From Bdellovibrio sp. (GTDB taxonomy: Bacteria > Bdellovibrionota > Bdellovibrionia > Bdellovibrionales > Bdellovibrionaceae), in the NCBI GenBank assembly GCA_036677065.1, contig JAKFBS010000002.1, forward strand, positions 416,001 to 480,000: a stretch of 64,000 nucleotides of DNA, in the 5' to 3' direction. Within the stretch, counting starts at the first letter, position 1, and every line of letters begins with the position of its first letter. Under the pieces are notes generated by a model that saw nothing but the letters and a program-made list of their open reading frames with translations, ran no database searches and had not been told where the DNA came from. Shown in pieces: positions 39,621 to 49,134 of this stretch. The translations under genes were made by a program, and so were the position numbers.

Positions 39621-40766
39621 TCAGCCTAACAACGCTTCTATTCGTTCGCAAGCTTTACCATCCCCGAAAGGGTTCTTCGCTTTCGACATCTTGTCGTAAA
39701 CTGCTTTATCGTCAACAAGCTCGTTCACTGTTGCAATGAAGGCCCCTTTTTCAAGCGGAGCTAAGCGCGAAGTGCCTGCCGCAATAGCTTCAGGGCGTTC
39801 AGTGTTTTCACGCGCGATAAGAACTGGTTTGCCAAGCGATGGAGCTTCTTCTTGGACTCCGCCCGAGTCTGTGATGATAAAATGGCTGCGATTCATTAAA
39901 TAGACAAATGGAATGTAATCGACCGGATCCGAAAGCCAGATATTGCTGGTTTTACTACTAGCCTCTTTAATCCAGGTGGCATGGTTTTCTAAAATTTCAG
40001 AGGCATTCTTTCTGACTTCAGGATTTAGATGTAGAGGGATTAAAAACTCTACGTCAGGGCGTTTAGACAATTCTAGAATGGCTTGCATCACGGTTTTAAT
40101 ATTTTTTTCAAAGGATTCACGTCGATGAAGTGTTACAAGAATTAATTTTTTATTTTTATTTAAGAATTTAAATTGAGATTCAAAATCTTGGGTAAGGATC
40201 GGCGTATTTTCAATCGTATTTTTAACTTCAAAAAGGGTGTCGATTCCGGTATTGCCGGTCACATGAATAGTTTTAACATCGACGTGCTCACGAAGAAGAT
40301 TTTCTTTAGCTTCTTCGGTAGGTGCTAAATGAATATTGCCGATAACTGATAGCGCTTTGCGATTAAATTCTTCAGGAAATGGCGAAGAGATATTGTTTGA
40401 TCTTAAGCCCGCTTCTAAGTGAATCACTTCGATTTTATTATAGAAAGCCACAAGCCCGCCGGTAAAGCTGCTGGTGGTGTCGCCTTGAACAATAATACTA
40501 TCGATCTTGTTGTTATCAATAATTTCTTGCAAGCCTAACATCACACGCGAAGAAAGTGCAGTCAGTGTCTGGCCTGGTTTCATTAAATCTAAGTCAAAGT
40601 CTGGAGTAATTTTAAAAAAACTTAATAAGGGTTTTAGCATTTCTCGATGCTGCCCGGTAGAACACACGAGCACCTTAAATTTTGAATTTTTTTTAAGTTT
40701 CAAAATAAGCGGTGCTACTTTAATTGTTTCAGGCCGGGTTCCAAAGACAAAGAGAAGTGTTTTCAT
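39621..40766 (-). CDS. wecB: UDP-N-acetylglucosamine 2-epimerase (non-hydrolysing)
   Basis: FGTRPE.IK, TGQHREM, HLEAGLR, TDSGGVQEEAP, NPFGDG. Confidence 0.96.
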   Translation of the reverse strand: MKTLLFVFGTRPETIKVAPLILKLKKNSKFKVLVCSTGQHREMLKPLLSFFKITPDFDLDLMKPGQTLTALSSRVMLGLQEIIDNNKIDSIIVQGDTTSSFTGGLVAFYNKIEVIHLEAGLRSNNISSPFPEEFNRKALSVIGNIHLAPTEEAKENLLREHVDVKTIHVTGNTGIDTLFEVKNTIENTPILTQDFESQFKFLNKNKKLILVTLHRRESFEKNIKTVMQAILELSKRPDVEFLIPLHLNPEVRKNASEILENHATWIKEASSKTSNIWLSDPVDYIPFVYLMNRSHFIITDSGGVQEEAPSLGKPVLIARENTERPEAIAAGTSRLAPLEKGAFIATVNELVDDKAVYDKMSKAKNPFGDGKACERIEALLG

Positions 40767-40778
40767 AAAAGATTACGA

Positions 40779-42053
40779 CTAGTTCTTAAAGTAGTGGTCT
40801 TTTACAATGTCTTCGGTTTGTGTTTTGCCAACCGGAGAAAAACCATTATCATTTGAACCAATTTTAGTCGGATCTACGGCGATATCCCAAAAGTTAATAC
40901 CCTTAAACCAAGGCCATTGCGGCGTCCAAAACGAATCAAAGATCGCCTGAAAAGCAGCTGCCTGGTGAGGAATATTTACGGTACCCGTGCCTGCATAAGC
41001 AAACGGATCAATAAAACCTGAATCTACCGAACGAAAGCCGATTTCTTTGATAACCGCTTCTTTATGATGATCTAAAGTTAATTCGATTTGCATAAAGCCA
41101 TTGTCTAACTGTGTAGCGTAAGAATCTGAACGCGATTTCAAAACGCTGACTAAAGCATTGTAATCACCCGGTAGTTGCTGGCCTTTAGAAGCTAATGAAC
41201 GGTAAATATCTAACCCTACAGAATCTAATTCTTTCCAGAAACTGACAAGATCATTCCAGATTTTAAATTCTTCAGGATTTGTGGGATTAGCAAGGTCAAC
41301 CAAGCGGTAACGCCATCTTTCAAATTCACCACCAGAAGCCGCAAAACCATCTGCATTCACAGTATCGTCAGTAAAGTTAATATCATACATTAAACGTGCT
41401 GCCGGAAGTTTAGCACGCACATAACGAAGTAATTCTAACCAACGACCCGGAAAACCGTACGGAAACTCTTTCCATTGGTCTTCAATACCCACAGTCATAG
41501 AATAAAGTTCGGCACCAACCGTGAATTCATCAATTTTAGCTAACTTAGCCACAGTAAGATAAACATCTAAGTACACACGAAATGATTCAAACCAGCGATT
41601 CGGATCTTGTGGCTGAATATTGCCGTGCCACCAAGTCTTAATAGAACCATCAGGCTGCTTTTCAAAATATGGAAATTCGCCGTTCGGCCCAACCACGAAA
41701 AATATCGGGCGTAAGCCCACGGTCATACCTTGAGCCTGAATGTACTTAATCAAACGCAGCATACGTTTGGCTTCAGCAGCTCTTTCTGCCGGTGGCGTAA
41801 CGGGTATGATCTCTGAAGAAAAAGGCCCTTTCATGATCGCGCGCACATTTAAAATAATGTGGTTTGAACCCAGACGTTTTGCATGATCAACAGCATTTTG
41901 CGCCAAAGTTTTTGGCTCAACAGAAGTTGCCGTTGCATCGTAAGCAAAACCTTCTGATTCTGTTAAATTAAAACCGGCCACATAACTGCCCATGGCCACA
42001 CTGTGAAGTGCAGCAACTATTAGACTTGTATAAATAAATCGTGAAAATTTCAT
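40779..42053 (-). CDS. secreted glycoside hydrolase, GH113-like TIM barrel
   Basis: W.G.I.P.....WF.S, G.EL (acid/base), LD.VG.D.Y, E.G.RS (nucleophile); signal peptide. Confidence 0.75.
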   Translation of the reverse strand: MKFSRFIYTSLIVAALHSVAMGSYVAGFNLTESEGFAYDATATSVEPKTLAQNAVDHAKRLGSNHIILNVRAIMKGPFSSEIIPVTPPAERAAEAKRMLRLIKYIQAQGMTVGLRPIFFVVGPNGEFPYFEKQPDGSIKTWWHGNIQPQDPNRWFESFRVYLDVYLTVAKLAKIDEFTVGAELYSMTVGIEDQWKEFPYGFPGRWLELLRYVRAKLPAARLMYDINFTDDTVNADGFAASGGEFERWRYRLVDLANPTNPEEFKIWNDLVSFWKELDSVGLDIYRSLASKGQQLPGDYNALVSVLKSRSDSYATQLDNGFMQIELTLDHHKEAVIKEIGFRSVDSGFIDPFAYAGTGTVNIPHQAAAFQAIFDSFWTPQWPWFKGINFWDIAVDPTKIGSNDNGFSPVGKTQTEDIVKDHYFKN

Positions 42054-42070
42054 GATATCTGTTCCTTTAA

Positions 42071-43789
42071 TTATTTACGTTTTAAAAAACTGACTTTAGG
42101 TGACTGGGCTTTGCCGCCGATAACAACATGAGCGTTTAGACCCTCTGGTGTTAAGTGACCGCGCAATTGAAACCACGTTCCACCTTTTGAATTACGGCCC
42201 GAAGTTAAAATCAATACCCCGTCAGTGCCTTTTGTTCCGATGTTAAATTCAATTGTTAAGCCATCAGGGCTATCTAAGCGACCTAATGTGTAACCACCGA
42301 AACTAGTCACGATAACTTTCACACGCATTGGGCCAGAGGCTAAATGCAATGTGCCCTCATACGTGCCATCCACTTCGCCGCCCGGGCCTTGGAAGGTCTC
42401 CCACATATCAGGAAAATTCTGAACTTTGTGACCTGTAAATACTTGTGAACCAATACGAATATACGGATCAATTAATTTAATCTGACCTTTGTCGTTCACC
42501 ATAAACTTAATTGGCGGATTCATCTGATCGTCAGAATCAGGCTCACGCTCTGAAGCTACGAAACTTGCGATTTCACCACTGTAAGTGATGTTATAAAATG
42601 TTTTATAGATGGCGCCTGATTCAGAACCGATCGCTGCCACTAACATGTTTTCACGCGCATAAGAGATTGTGAAAAACCATTTTTCGCCTAATTCATTTGT
42701 TAGCTGATAGTTACCTTGTAGATTTAATTTTTTAGCCATAACAGGAACTGCAGCACGGGCTAACCATTTTGACATTTCGTCAGCATCTTTAGTCATTCCG
42801 ATTTTACGGGCATGCGCTACAATAGCTGTTGAATAATTCATGTAGTGATCAGCATAAACATGCGTTGGTACTTTTTCTTGCACTGTCCATTGCTGAATTA
42901 AATTTAAAGTTGAACGGATTTTTAATGTGCTAAGAGCTTGAGAAAATTGCTGCTGATTTAAAACAACTTCTAAACGAACGGCTCTTAATAAAAGTTCTAC
43001 AATCGCATCACCTACGGCGTTTGTTAACCAGCCCGGTGCTGTGTCTTGAAAAGATTCAACCTGAGCATTTATTAACAATAAACGGTGTAAATATTCATGA
43101 GAGTTGTCTTTATTATCAGTATTTAAAGCATAGATATCCTGATTTAAAATCTCTAAATATTCTGAAACTGAAGCCGGCATCATTAATTTACCGATCCAAA
43201 AAGTGACTTCGTGTGCCGGTAAATTTTTGTTACGTAAAATTAAAATCGCAACATCTGTGATTAGACGGCGGTAGCCTAATAAAATGTGCACTTGATTTTC
43301 TGAACGTGCATCAATTAATGGTAAAGTGGATTCAATGTTTTTGGCCATTACAGCTAATTTCGTCTGATCTTTAACAAACGAAATCTGGTAATTTAAGTTA
43401 TCTAAGAAACGGCTTAATGTGTTCGCGTCCATCCACTTAACATAGTACTGAATTTTTTCAGTAGAATCTTTCGTGATATCTAACCAGCGCATTCCAACAC
43501 CCGTCATTTTCAGACCTAGGCGTTCAGTCATTTTTGGGTAGATTTCGTCTAATTTAAGACTTAGCGAAAGACTTGTTAATTCGTCTAACAGATAGAAATA
43601 CTTTTCAAACGTAGGTTGATCACGCATTTCTGAAAGATTCATTTCAATATCAAGCATAACTTCACGTAATGCGATTCTATTTTGTTGCGCTTTTTGCATT
43701 AACTCAGCAGGTTCAGGTAAGTTAATTGCAGCCATTGCCCAGACAGGCAAAAACAATGCGATGGCGATTGTCGAAATTAATTGTTTCAT
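42071..43789 (-). CDS. secreted hypothetical protein (helical N-region, beta-rich C-region)
   Basis: 572 aa, signal peptide, ATGA-coupled within the operon. Confidence 0.8.
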   Translation of the reverse strand: MKQLISTIAIALFLPVWAMAAINLPEPAELMQKAQQNRIALREVMLDIEMNLSEMRDQPTFEKYFYLLDELTSLSLSLKLDEIYPKMTERLGLKMTGVGMRWLDITKDSTEKIQYYVKWMDANTLSRFLDNLNYQISFVKDQTKLAVMAKNIESTLPLIDARSENQVHILLGYRRLITDVAILILRNKNLPAHEVTFWIGKLMMPASVSEYLEILNQDIYALNTDNKDNSHEYLHRLLLINAQVESFQDTAPGWLTNAVGDAIVELLLRAVRLEVVLNQQQFSQALSTLKIRSTLNLIQQWTVQEKVPTHVYADHYMNYSTAIVAHARKIGMTKDADEMSKWLARAAVPVMAKKLNLQGNYQLTNELGEKWFFTISYARENMLVAAIGSESGAIYKTFYNITYSGEIASFVASEREPDSDDQMNPPIKFMVNDKGQIKLIDPYIRIGSQVFTGHKVQNFPDMWETFQGPGGEVDGTYEGTLHLASGPMRVKVIVTSFGGYTLGRLDSPDGLTIEFNIGTKGTDGVLILTSGRNSKGGTWFQLRGHLTPEGLNAHVVIGGKAQSPKVSFLKRK

Positions 43790-45558
43790 GGGTTTTGTTC
43801 CTTATAGACCGGTTCAGGTCGTTTTGATTTTGTGTTCGTTTTTAAAAATTCTTCTAAACTAATAAATTTGTAACCAAGTTTTTTGATCTCGCGCAGAATG
43901 TATTCAAGCTCTGCCGGATCACCCGGAAATTCACCGCGGCCACCATCTTCGTAAGTTGTTAACAAAAACGGATGATAGAAAAACGAAGCCCAGACATCAC
44001 GTAAGACTAAATTACGTTTTGCATCGATGATGATTTCTTCTTTAGAACGAGGAACCACAACATGGGCGTTCACAAAAGGCTGTGAATTGCCTAAATTTTC
44101 TGGAATCAATCTTTGACCATGAACATCGCCGTAAATTTCATACGGAAACATCTGCCCGCTCCAGCGTTCAGATTCATAAACGACTTCTAAGTTTTTAAAA
44201 TATTCAGTACGTAAATTATAACCGTTAGTCAGCGCACTTAAAAACTGAACGTCTTTATTTTCATTTGGTGCCGAGAAACCCTTAACCGAATGATTATAAT
44301 AAATCACGCGCCCAACATTCCAGGTAAATACATTAGCAAAAATAATATAATCCAGAGGGCTTGCCTGATAGTGGGGGGTCAGCCACATTTGCGGGGTGAT
44401 GCCGGCTTTTTGCAGGGTGTAGAAGCCATCTTCTAAGCGATCAACAACATATTTAACACTGTCTTCTGCGATCGGACGGTTATTCACAGCATCGAAAAAT
44501 TCGAAATCGCTGCCGCTTACGCCATCGTGCGGGTTTTTTTGTGCATTGTACTGGTGGGTAACACCATGCCAGATAAAAAAGGCCTGATCACGTTTCATTT
44601 CTTCGATGAAATTCATGAATGGCACTTTACGATCCATTGTGATGAATTCACCCTGCGGATCTGTTTCACCACGATGTAACGGGTCAAAATAAATCGGAAT
44701 CAGTGAAATATGAATTGGTACTTTTTCGTTTTTTAAAACATTCATTGTTTTATAAAGCTCGCCCAATGGCATTAACGGATGAACATCTTCAATTCGAACT
44801 AAGGCATATTTGCCATTGTGACGAGGTTTTTCATCTAAAATATCAAAAAGCAGGTCAGCAAATACAAAATAACGATCTGCCTCGTGCATAAAGCTAAACG
44901 GCACATCAGCCACATAAAAATGATTTTTAGCCTGAAGAGCGTAAGGAAGAGTTTCTTTAGTCACATTATGTTCTGCGTGAGCTAAAATCTGTGATTTTTT
45001 TGCGTCTGTTGCTAGTAAAGCCGCTTGTTCAAAAGGAGCTAAAAAAATCGACTTATCAGTTTTGCTCCAGTCACCGTACTTAAAAAATACTTCGCCTTTA
45101 TAAAGAACGTTTTTAAAATAACTTGGTCGGCCTGTTGAATCTAATTTTTCACGATTTAAGGTTGTTAAATGTGAATACTTATAACCAAAAATTTCTTCAA
45201 AATTTGCGCCTAATTGCCAAATACTATAACCCAGCCAAGCCACACGTTTTTTTGTTGCCGTAAAATCTTGTAAAAAATCAGCCGGAATACGGTTATTAAA
45301 ATAACTGCCGATATAAAAACTGGCATGGCATGTTTCGATATCGCCCTTTTTATACATTTCAATCGGGCTTACGATTTGTTGATATTTCGGAAAATGACCT
45401 AAAATATTTTGCAATAATGTAGCATAGGTTTTTCCCATCCAATAATTAGGCTCTTGTGAGCGGTCAAAATAGACATTCACACAAGGAGTAGCTGCTGCTT
45501 TGGCCTGAACCTGCCAGGCAGACGACACCAACATCACGGAAATAATAAAAATCTTCAC
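43786..45558 (-). CDS. DUF2334 family polysaccharide deacetylase-like protein
   Basis: RIEDVHP, HGVTHQ, EF, PHY.AS, PENLG, SFFYHP motifs; signal peptide. Confidence 0.8.
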   Translation of the reverse strand: MKIFIISVMLVSSAWQVQAKAAATPCVNVYFDRSQEPNYWMGKTYATLLQNILGHFPKYQQIVSPIEMYKKGDIETCHASFYIGSYFNNRIPADFLQDFTATKKRVAWLGYSIWQLGANFEEIFGYKYSHLTTLNREKLDSTGRPSYFKNVLYKGEVFFKYGDWSKTDKSIFLAPFEQAALLATDAKKSQILAHAEHNVTKETLPYALQAKNHFYVADVPFSFMHEADRYFVFADLLFDILDEKPRHNGKYALVRIEDVHPLMPLGELYKTMNVLKNEKVPIHISLIPIYFDPLHRGETDPQGEFITMDRKVPFMNFIEEMKRDQAFFIWHGVTHQYNAQKNPHDGVSGSDFEFFDAVNNRPIAEDSVKYVVDRLEDGFYTLQKAGITPQMWLTPHYQASPLDYIIFANVFTWNVGRVIYYNHSVKGFSAPNENKDVQFLSALTNGYNLRTEYFKNLEVVYESERWSGQMFPYEIYGDVHGQRLIPENLGNSQPFVNAHVVVPRSKEEIIIDAKRNLVLRDVWASFFYHPFLLTTYEDGGRGEFPGDPAELEYILREIKKLGYKFISLEEFLKTNTKSKRPEPVYKEQNP

Positions 45559-46940
45559 GGTTGCACCTGAACCTTAATATCGTGGCCAAAATGTTCTGGC
45601 ATACGATGTTCTGTTTTAATCCAAACAGGCCTTTGACCTGTTTTTTTACTTTCACTAAATTGTTGATGGGCCTTCCATGTAGCACCCACGTTGATCACAT
45701 TAGCCAGCAGCCAACGCAGTGGCACCAGCAGCACATGATGTCTAGCATTGGTTAAAGCGACAGCACGCATTCTTTGTCCGAGCCGTAAAACCATATTGAA
45801 CATATTCAGCACAAGTAAAGATTGAAACAAACCCTGCTGTAATACGCTTTGGCCTAACTGCAGCTGGCTTGAAACGACAAAGGCAATAAGTAATAAAAAT
45901 GACAATACGATAAGAATGCTGTTGTAGGGGCTACGGCGATCACGCCACATGAAGTATTTATCGATTAAACTACCCTGCCATTGCAGATTTTCTAAGCCCT
46001 GGTAAGCAATGCCTAAAGTCCAACGGGATTTTTGGCGCATCGAAGCTGACATTGCATCAGGAAAATATTCGCGTGTGGCGATAAATTCAAGTTGTCCGTT
46101 TTCTTTTTCGTACTGAACACAGGCAAATTTAGATTTAAAACCTAATTTTTTCGCCATCATTCCCAAATGATAATCTTCAGTCAAAGTGTCTTCTTTTAAA
46201 AAACAGCCTTCTTGAACCTGCATCATACCTAAAATCAGATTACGGCTTAATAAAGTGCCCACACCGGCTGAAGGAATCGCTGCACCCAGAGCTTCGCGAA
46301 CTAATAAATCTTTCGTGTGCGCTTCTGCAAATTCATCGATGTAAATACCACCCACAAGTGAAGATCTTGGCACATCAAAAGAAAATACCGGAATTTGCAC
46401 AAAGTCTGCAGTGCGGCTGACTTCATTTAGTAGCGATAACGAATGTGGGTGTAAAACATCTTCTGAATCTTGCATTAAAAATAGATCAAATTTTTTACCT
46501 AAATTAGCTTCATAGCTAAAAATATTTCGAGCCACGACATTCAACATCTGACCTTTTGAAGTTGGCCCTTGGTGCGAATTAACAACAACCTGAACTTGCT
46601 TTGGATAAGCCGCTTGAAGATTTTGTGCCGCTACAACTGTCGTTGTATCATTAGGGTATACGCCTAAGAAAAACACATAGTTCTTGTACTCAAGGCCACG
46701 TAAGTTACCACGAATCATCGGTGTGATAATTTCTGCTTCTTTCCAGTTAGCAATTAGAATGGCGATTTGTTTTTCAGGATTTCTTTTGATCTGTGCAATG
46801 TAATCTACCGTGACTCGTTGTGGTTTCAAACGACGCACAAAAGCCTGCAAATCAATAAACATATCATCTAAAGTAAAGATCAGAGCGCCGATCACAGCGA
46901 TAAAAGCCAGCACAATGAAAAGCATTTCAAAATTAAGCAC
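45555..46940 (-). CDS. NfrB-like GT2 glycosyltransferase (short form)
   Basis: DD.FID, W.EA..I, GVYPND, GPTSK, QDSED, PSAGVG, TEDY, TREYFP, RQKSRW..GI, W.KT.H motifs characteristic of the NfrB family. Confidence 0.88.
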   Translation of the reverse strand: MLNFEMLFIVLAFIAVIGALIFTLDDMFIDLQAFVRRLKPQRVTVDYIAQIKRNPEKQIAILIANWKEAEIITPMIRGNLRGLEYKNYVFFLGVYPNDTTTVVAAQNLQAAYPKQVQVVVNSHQGPTSKGQMLNVVARNIFSYEANLGKKFDLFLMQDSEDVLHPHSLSLLNEVSRTADFVQIPVFSFDVPRSSLVGGIYIDEFAEAHTKDLLVREALGAAIPSAGVGTLLSRNLILGMMQVQEGCFLKEDTLTEDYHLGMMAKKLGFKSKFACVQYEKENGQLEFIATREYFPDAMSASMRQKSRWTLGIAYQGLENLQWQGSLIDKYFMWRDRRSPYNSILIVLSFLLLIAFVVSSQLQLGQSVLQQGLFQSLLVLNMFNMVLRLGQRMRAVALTNARHHVLLVPLRWLLANVINVGATWKAHQQFSESKKTGQRPVWIKTEHRMPEHFGHDIKVQVQP

Positions 46941-47671
46941 TAAAATTCTCCGCCTAAGACAAAGAGAACTTCTTCATGAGCACGTTCATGGTTTACAAAA
47001 CTTTTATAGACTAAAATTTGCGCCGACCACAGATTAAATTGGTAAATACCACGCACACCAAGGCGTGCTTGTTCGGTGTCGCGCCCAAGATCTGCGCTGG
47101 GGCTACGGCGTGTGTAGATTTCTACATACGGATCAATGATAAAAGCAGTTTGCTGAAGGCGATAACGTAATCCTTGCTTAAACCAGACCGATGTTACCGG
47201 GCGACGATGAAAAGAAGGTAGCGCTATAGATTCAATATAAAATTCAGAAAACAACGGAGCATCTTTAAACTGGTATTCAAAAATTTCACCGAAAGATAAT
47301 CCATAGCGACTTCTTCTTTCAGTGCGATATTCAACTAAGGCCACTAATGATTTCCATAAAACGAGGCGTGTACCAACAACAGCCATAGCGCGATTCTTCG
47401 CGTACAGAGCCTCGTTATCACTTGAAGTTTTATCTTGGCGTTGCAAAGCTGCACCAATGTAGAAAACATTTTTTTCAACTTGAAAAAGTTTTACGCGAAG
47501 CTGAGTTTCGGTCAGCAATCCATACTGTGGCACAAACGTTGTTTCAGAATAAATTTCTGCGACCGTATTTGCATTTGCCGTCGCACTGACGATAAAAACC
47601 GCGCTTATAATTACACAAGTTCGTCGATAAAAAAGAAATGAATAAAATAACGAATCGCGTACTATCTGCAT
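46940..47671 (-). CDS. putative outer-membrane beta-barrel protein
   Basis: Signal-like N-terminus, alternating aromatic beta strands, terminal Phe; first gene of the operon (TAGTG overlap). Confidence 0.6.
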   Translation of the reverse strand: MQIVRDSLFYSFLFYRRTCVIISAVFIVSATANANTVAEIYSETTFVPQYGLLTETQLRVKLFQVEKNVFYIGAALQRQDKTSSDNEALYAKNRAMAVVGTRLVLWKSLVALVEYRTERRSRYGLSFGEIFEYQFKDAPLFSEFYIESIALPSFHRRPVTSVWFKQGLRYRLQQTAFIIDPYVEIYTRRSPSADLGRDTEQARLGVRGIYQFNLWSAQILVYKSFVNHERAHEEVLFVLGGEF

Positions 47672-47846
47672 AATTAGAACGACGATGTTTACAGGTAAAT
47701 AATGACAGCATCAATGCCATAAATTTAATAAGTAAAAAGCTACAAAAGTAGTCTTATATTGGCACTAGCTAGGCACACATTTTCTGCGCTTCTTTATATT
47801 ATCTTAACTTAAACAAATAGTCTTTTGTTTTAAAGACGACGCGCAC

Positions 47847-48695
47847 TCATAATCGTTTAGGAAAATATCCAAAAGGAGCCTGAACACTTTCATCATGCGA
47901 AGGCAGAATGATCACCTTGGGGTTAGCCTCTTGAAAAGTATGAAGCTTTTTGATTTGCTCGAGCACTTTATCAGCATCAAGATCAACAAGTTTTTTTGAC
48001 AACCAGAATTTGCCTAACTTTAAATCAATGCCTTTTTTCTTCCATACGGTGTCGCCAATCAGAAAAAATTTATGACCACTGTCTGTATTTACAAATATTC
48101 CGACTGATCCAGGCGTATGACCTCTTAATGGCACGACCACGATAGATTGATCATTATATATATCTAAACTTTCTGCAAAGCCCAGATACGCTGTCTTGTT
48201 AAACGCGTAGGGCCGCCATTTAATTTTTAGACTTGAGACTTGTGACTTTAAGACTGCCGGCGGAGTGCCCACATCTTTAAATGCGATCTCTTCTGGAAGC
48301 GCCCAGATATCTTTATCTGGAAAATCAATTAGCCCACTGACATGATCAAAGTGAAGATGAGTAATAAGAATGAAACTAAAATCTATTTTTTCTTTAGCGA
48401 GTTGAGCTTTTGCCGTTTCAGCTTTTTGATAAGCAAAGGCCGGCCTGTGAAAAAAAGAAATATCCTTAAATTGGTCATCAATTTTTTCGCCAAGCCCTGT
48501 ATCGACTAAGATGTTTCCTTTAGGATGTTCGATAAGAAAAGCCGAATGATTCACTTCAATTTTTTTCCACGCCCCGTTCTCAAGAGCCAGGCTTTCGTAA
48601 GTGTGAGCCGTACCGGTTTTGATAATGCTGAGTTTGACTTGGTCTGTGGCCTGCGCGACCGAAGCAAAAGCTAAAATTAAGAGAATAATTTTCAT
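47847..48695 (-). CDS. secreted MBL-fold metallohydrolase, AHL-lactonase-like
   Basis: LVDTG, THLHFDH, GHTPG, GD, PSHD; signal peptide from ATG 48695. Confidence 0.85.
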   Translation of the reverse strand: MKIILLILAFASVAQATDQVKLSIIKTGTAHTYESLALENGAWKKIEVNHSAFLIEHPKGNILVDTGLGEKIDDQFKDISFFHRPAFAYQKAETAKAQLAKEKIDFSFILITHLHFDHVSGLIDFPDKDIWALPEEIAFKDVGTPPAVLKSQVSSLKIKWRPYAFNKTAYLGFAESLDIYNDQSIVVVPLRGHTPGSVGIFVNTDSGHKFFLIGDTVWKKKGIDLKLGKFWLSKKLVDLDADKVLEQIKKLHTFQEANPKVIILPSHDESVQAPFGYFPKRL

Positions 48696-48718
48696 AATAA
48701 CCATCCTTTGTTATAGAA

Positions 48719-48750
48719 ATTGTAAACCGTTGGGTATACAACATGGTCAA
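48719..48750 (-). promoter_or_regulatory. MerR-type promoter with long spacer
   Basis: TTGACC-N20-TACAAT with imperfect dyad ACC-GTTG-N6-CAAC-AT-GGT. Confidence 0.7.
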
Positions 48751-48759
48751 GGGGTTAAT

Positions 48760-49134
48760 ATGTTAATCGGAGAATTAGTCAAAAAAACGCAGCTAAGCAA
48801 AGAGACTATACGTCATTATGAAGATATCGGGTTAATCCGCGGTATTAAGACCCAAGCAAATGGCTATAAAAACTATCCTGAGCGATTAGTAGAAGACCTG
48901 AAACTCATTGGCCTTGCGAAAGATTTAGGTTTCACTTTAAAAGAAATTAAGTCACTTCTAAGCCTACTGCAAAAAGGACAACTTGGCAGAAGCAACCTGA
49001 ACCAAGTGATTCAAAAAAAGATTAGCGAAATTGATCAGAAAATGAGTGCTCTTAATCAGCTGAAAGAAAGATTAAACCAAGAACTTGCCAGAACCTGTTC
49101 GCCGCAAGAAACTTTGAAAATTATGACTACTTAG
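48760..49134 (+). CDS. MerR family transcriptional regulator
   Basis: MLIGEL......ETIRHYE.IGLI...NGY..Y...LGFTL.EI; start ATG 48760. Confidence 0.92.
   Translation: MLIGELVKKTQLSKETIRHYEDIGLIRGIKTQANGYKNYPERLVEDLKLIGLAKDLGFTLKEIKSLLSLLQKGQLGRSNLNQVIQKKISEIDQKMSALNQLKERLNQELARTCSPQETLKIMTT

Noticed and set aside
47760..47775. Plus-strand TGGCACTAGCTAGGCA sigma54-like box
   Set aside because: It points into the 3' end of an opposite-strand gene, has no downstream ORF, and has a poor -12 context.
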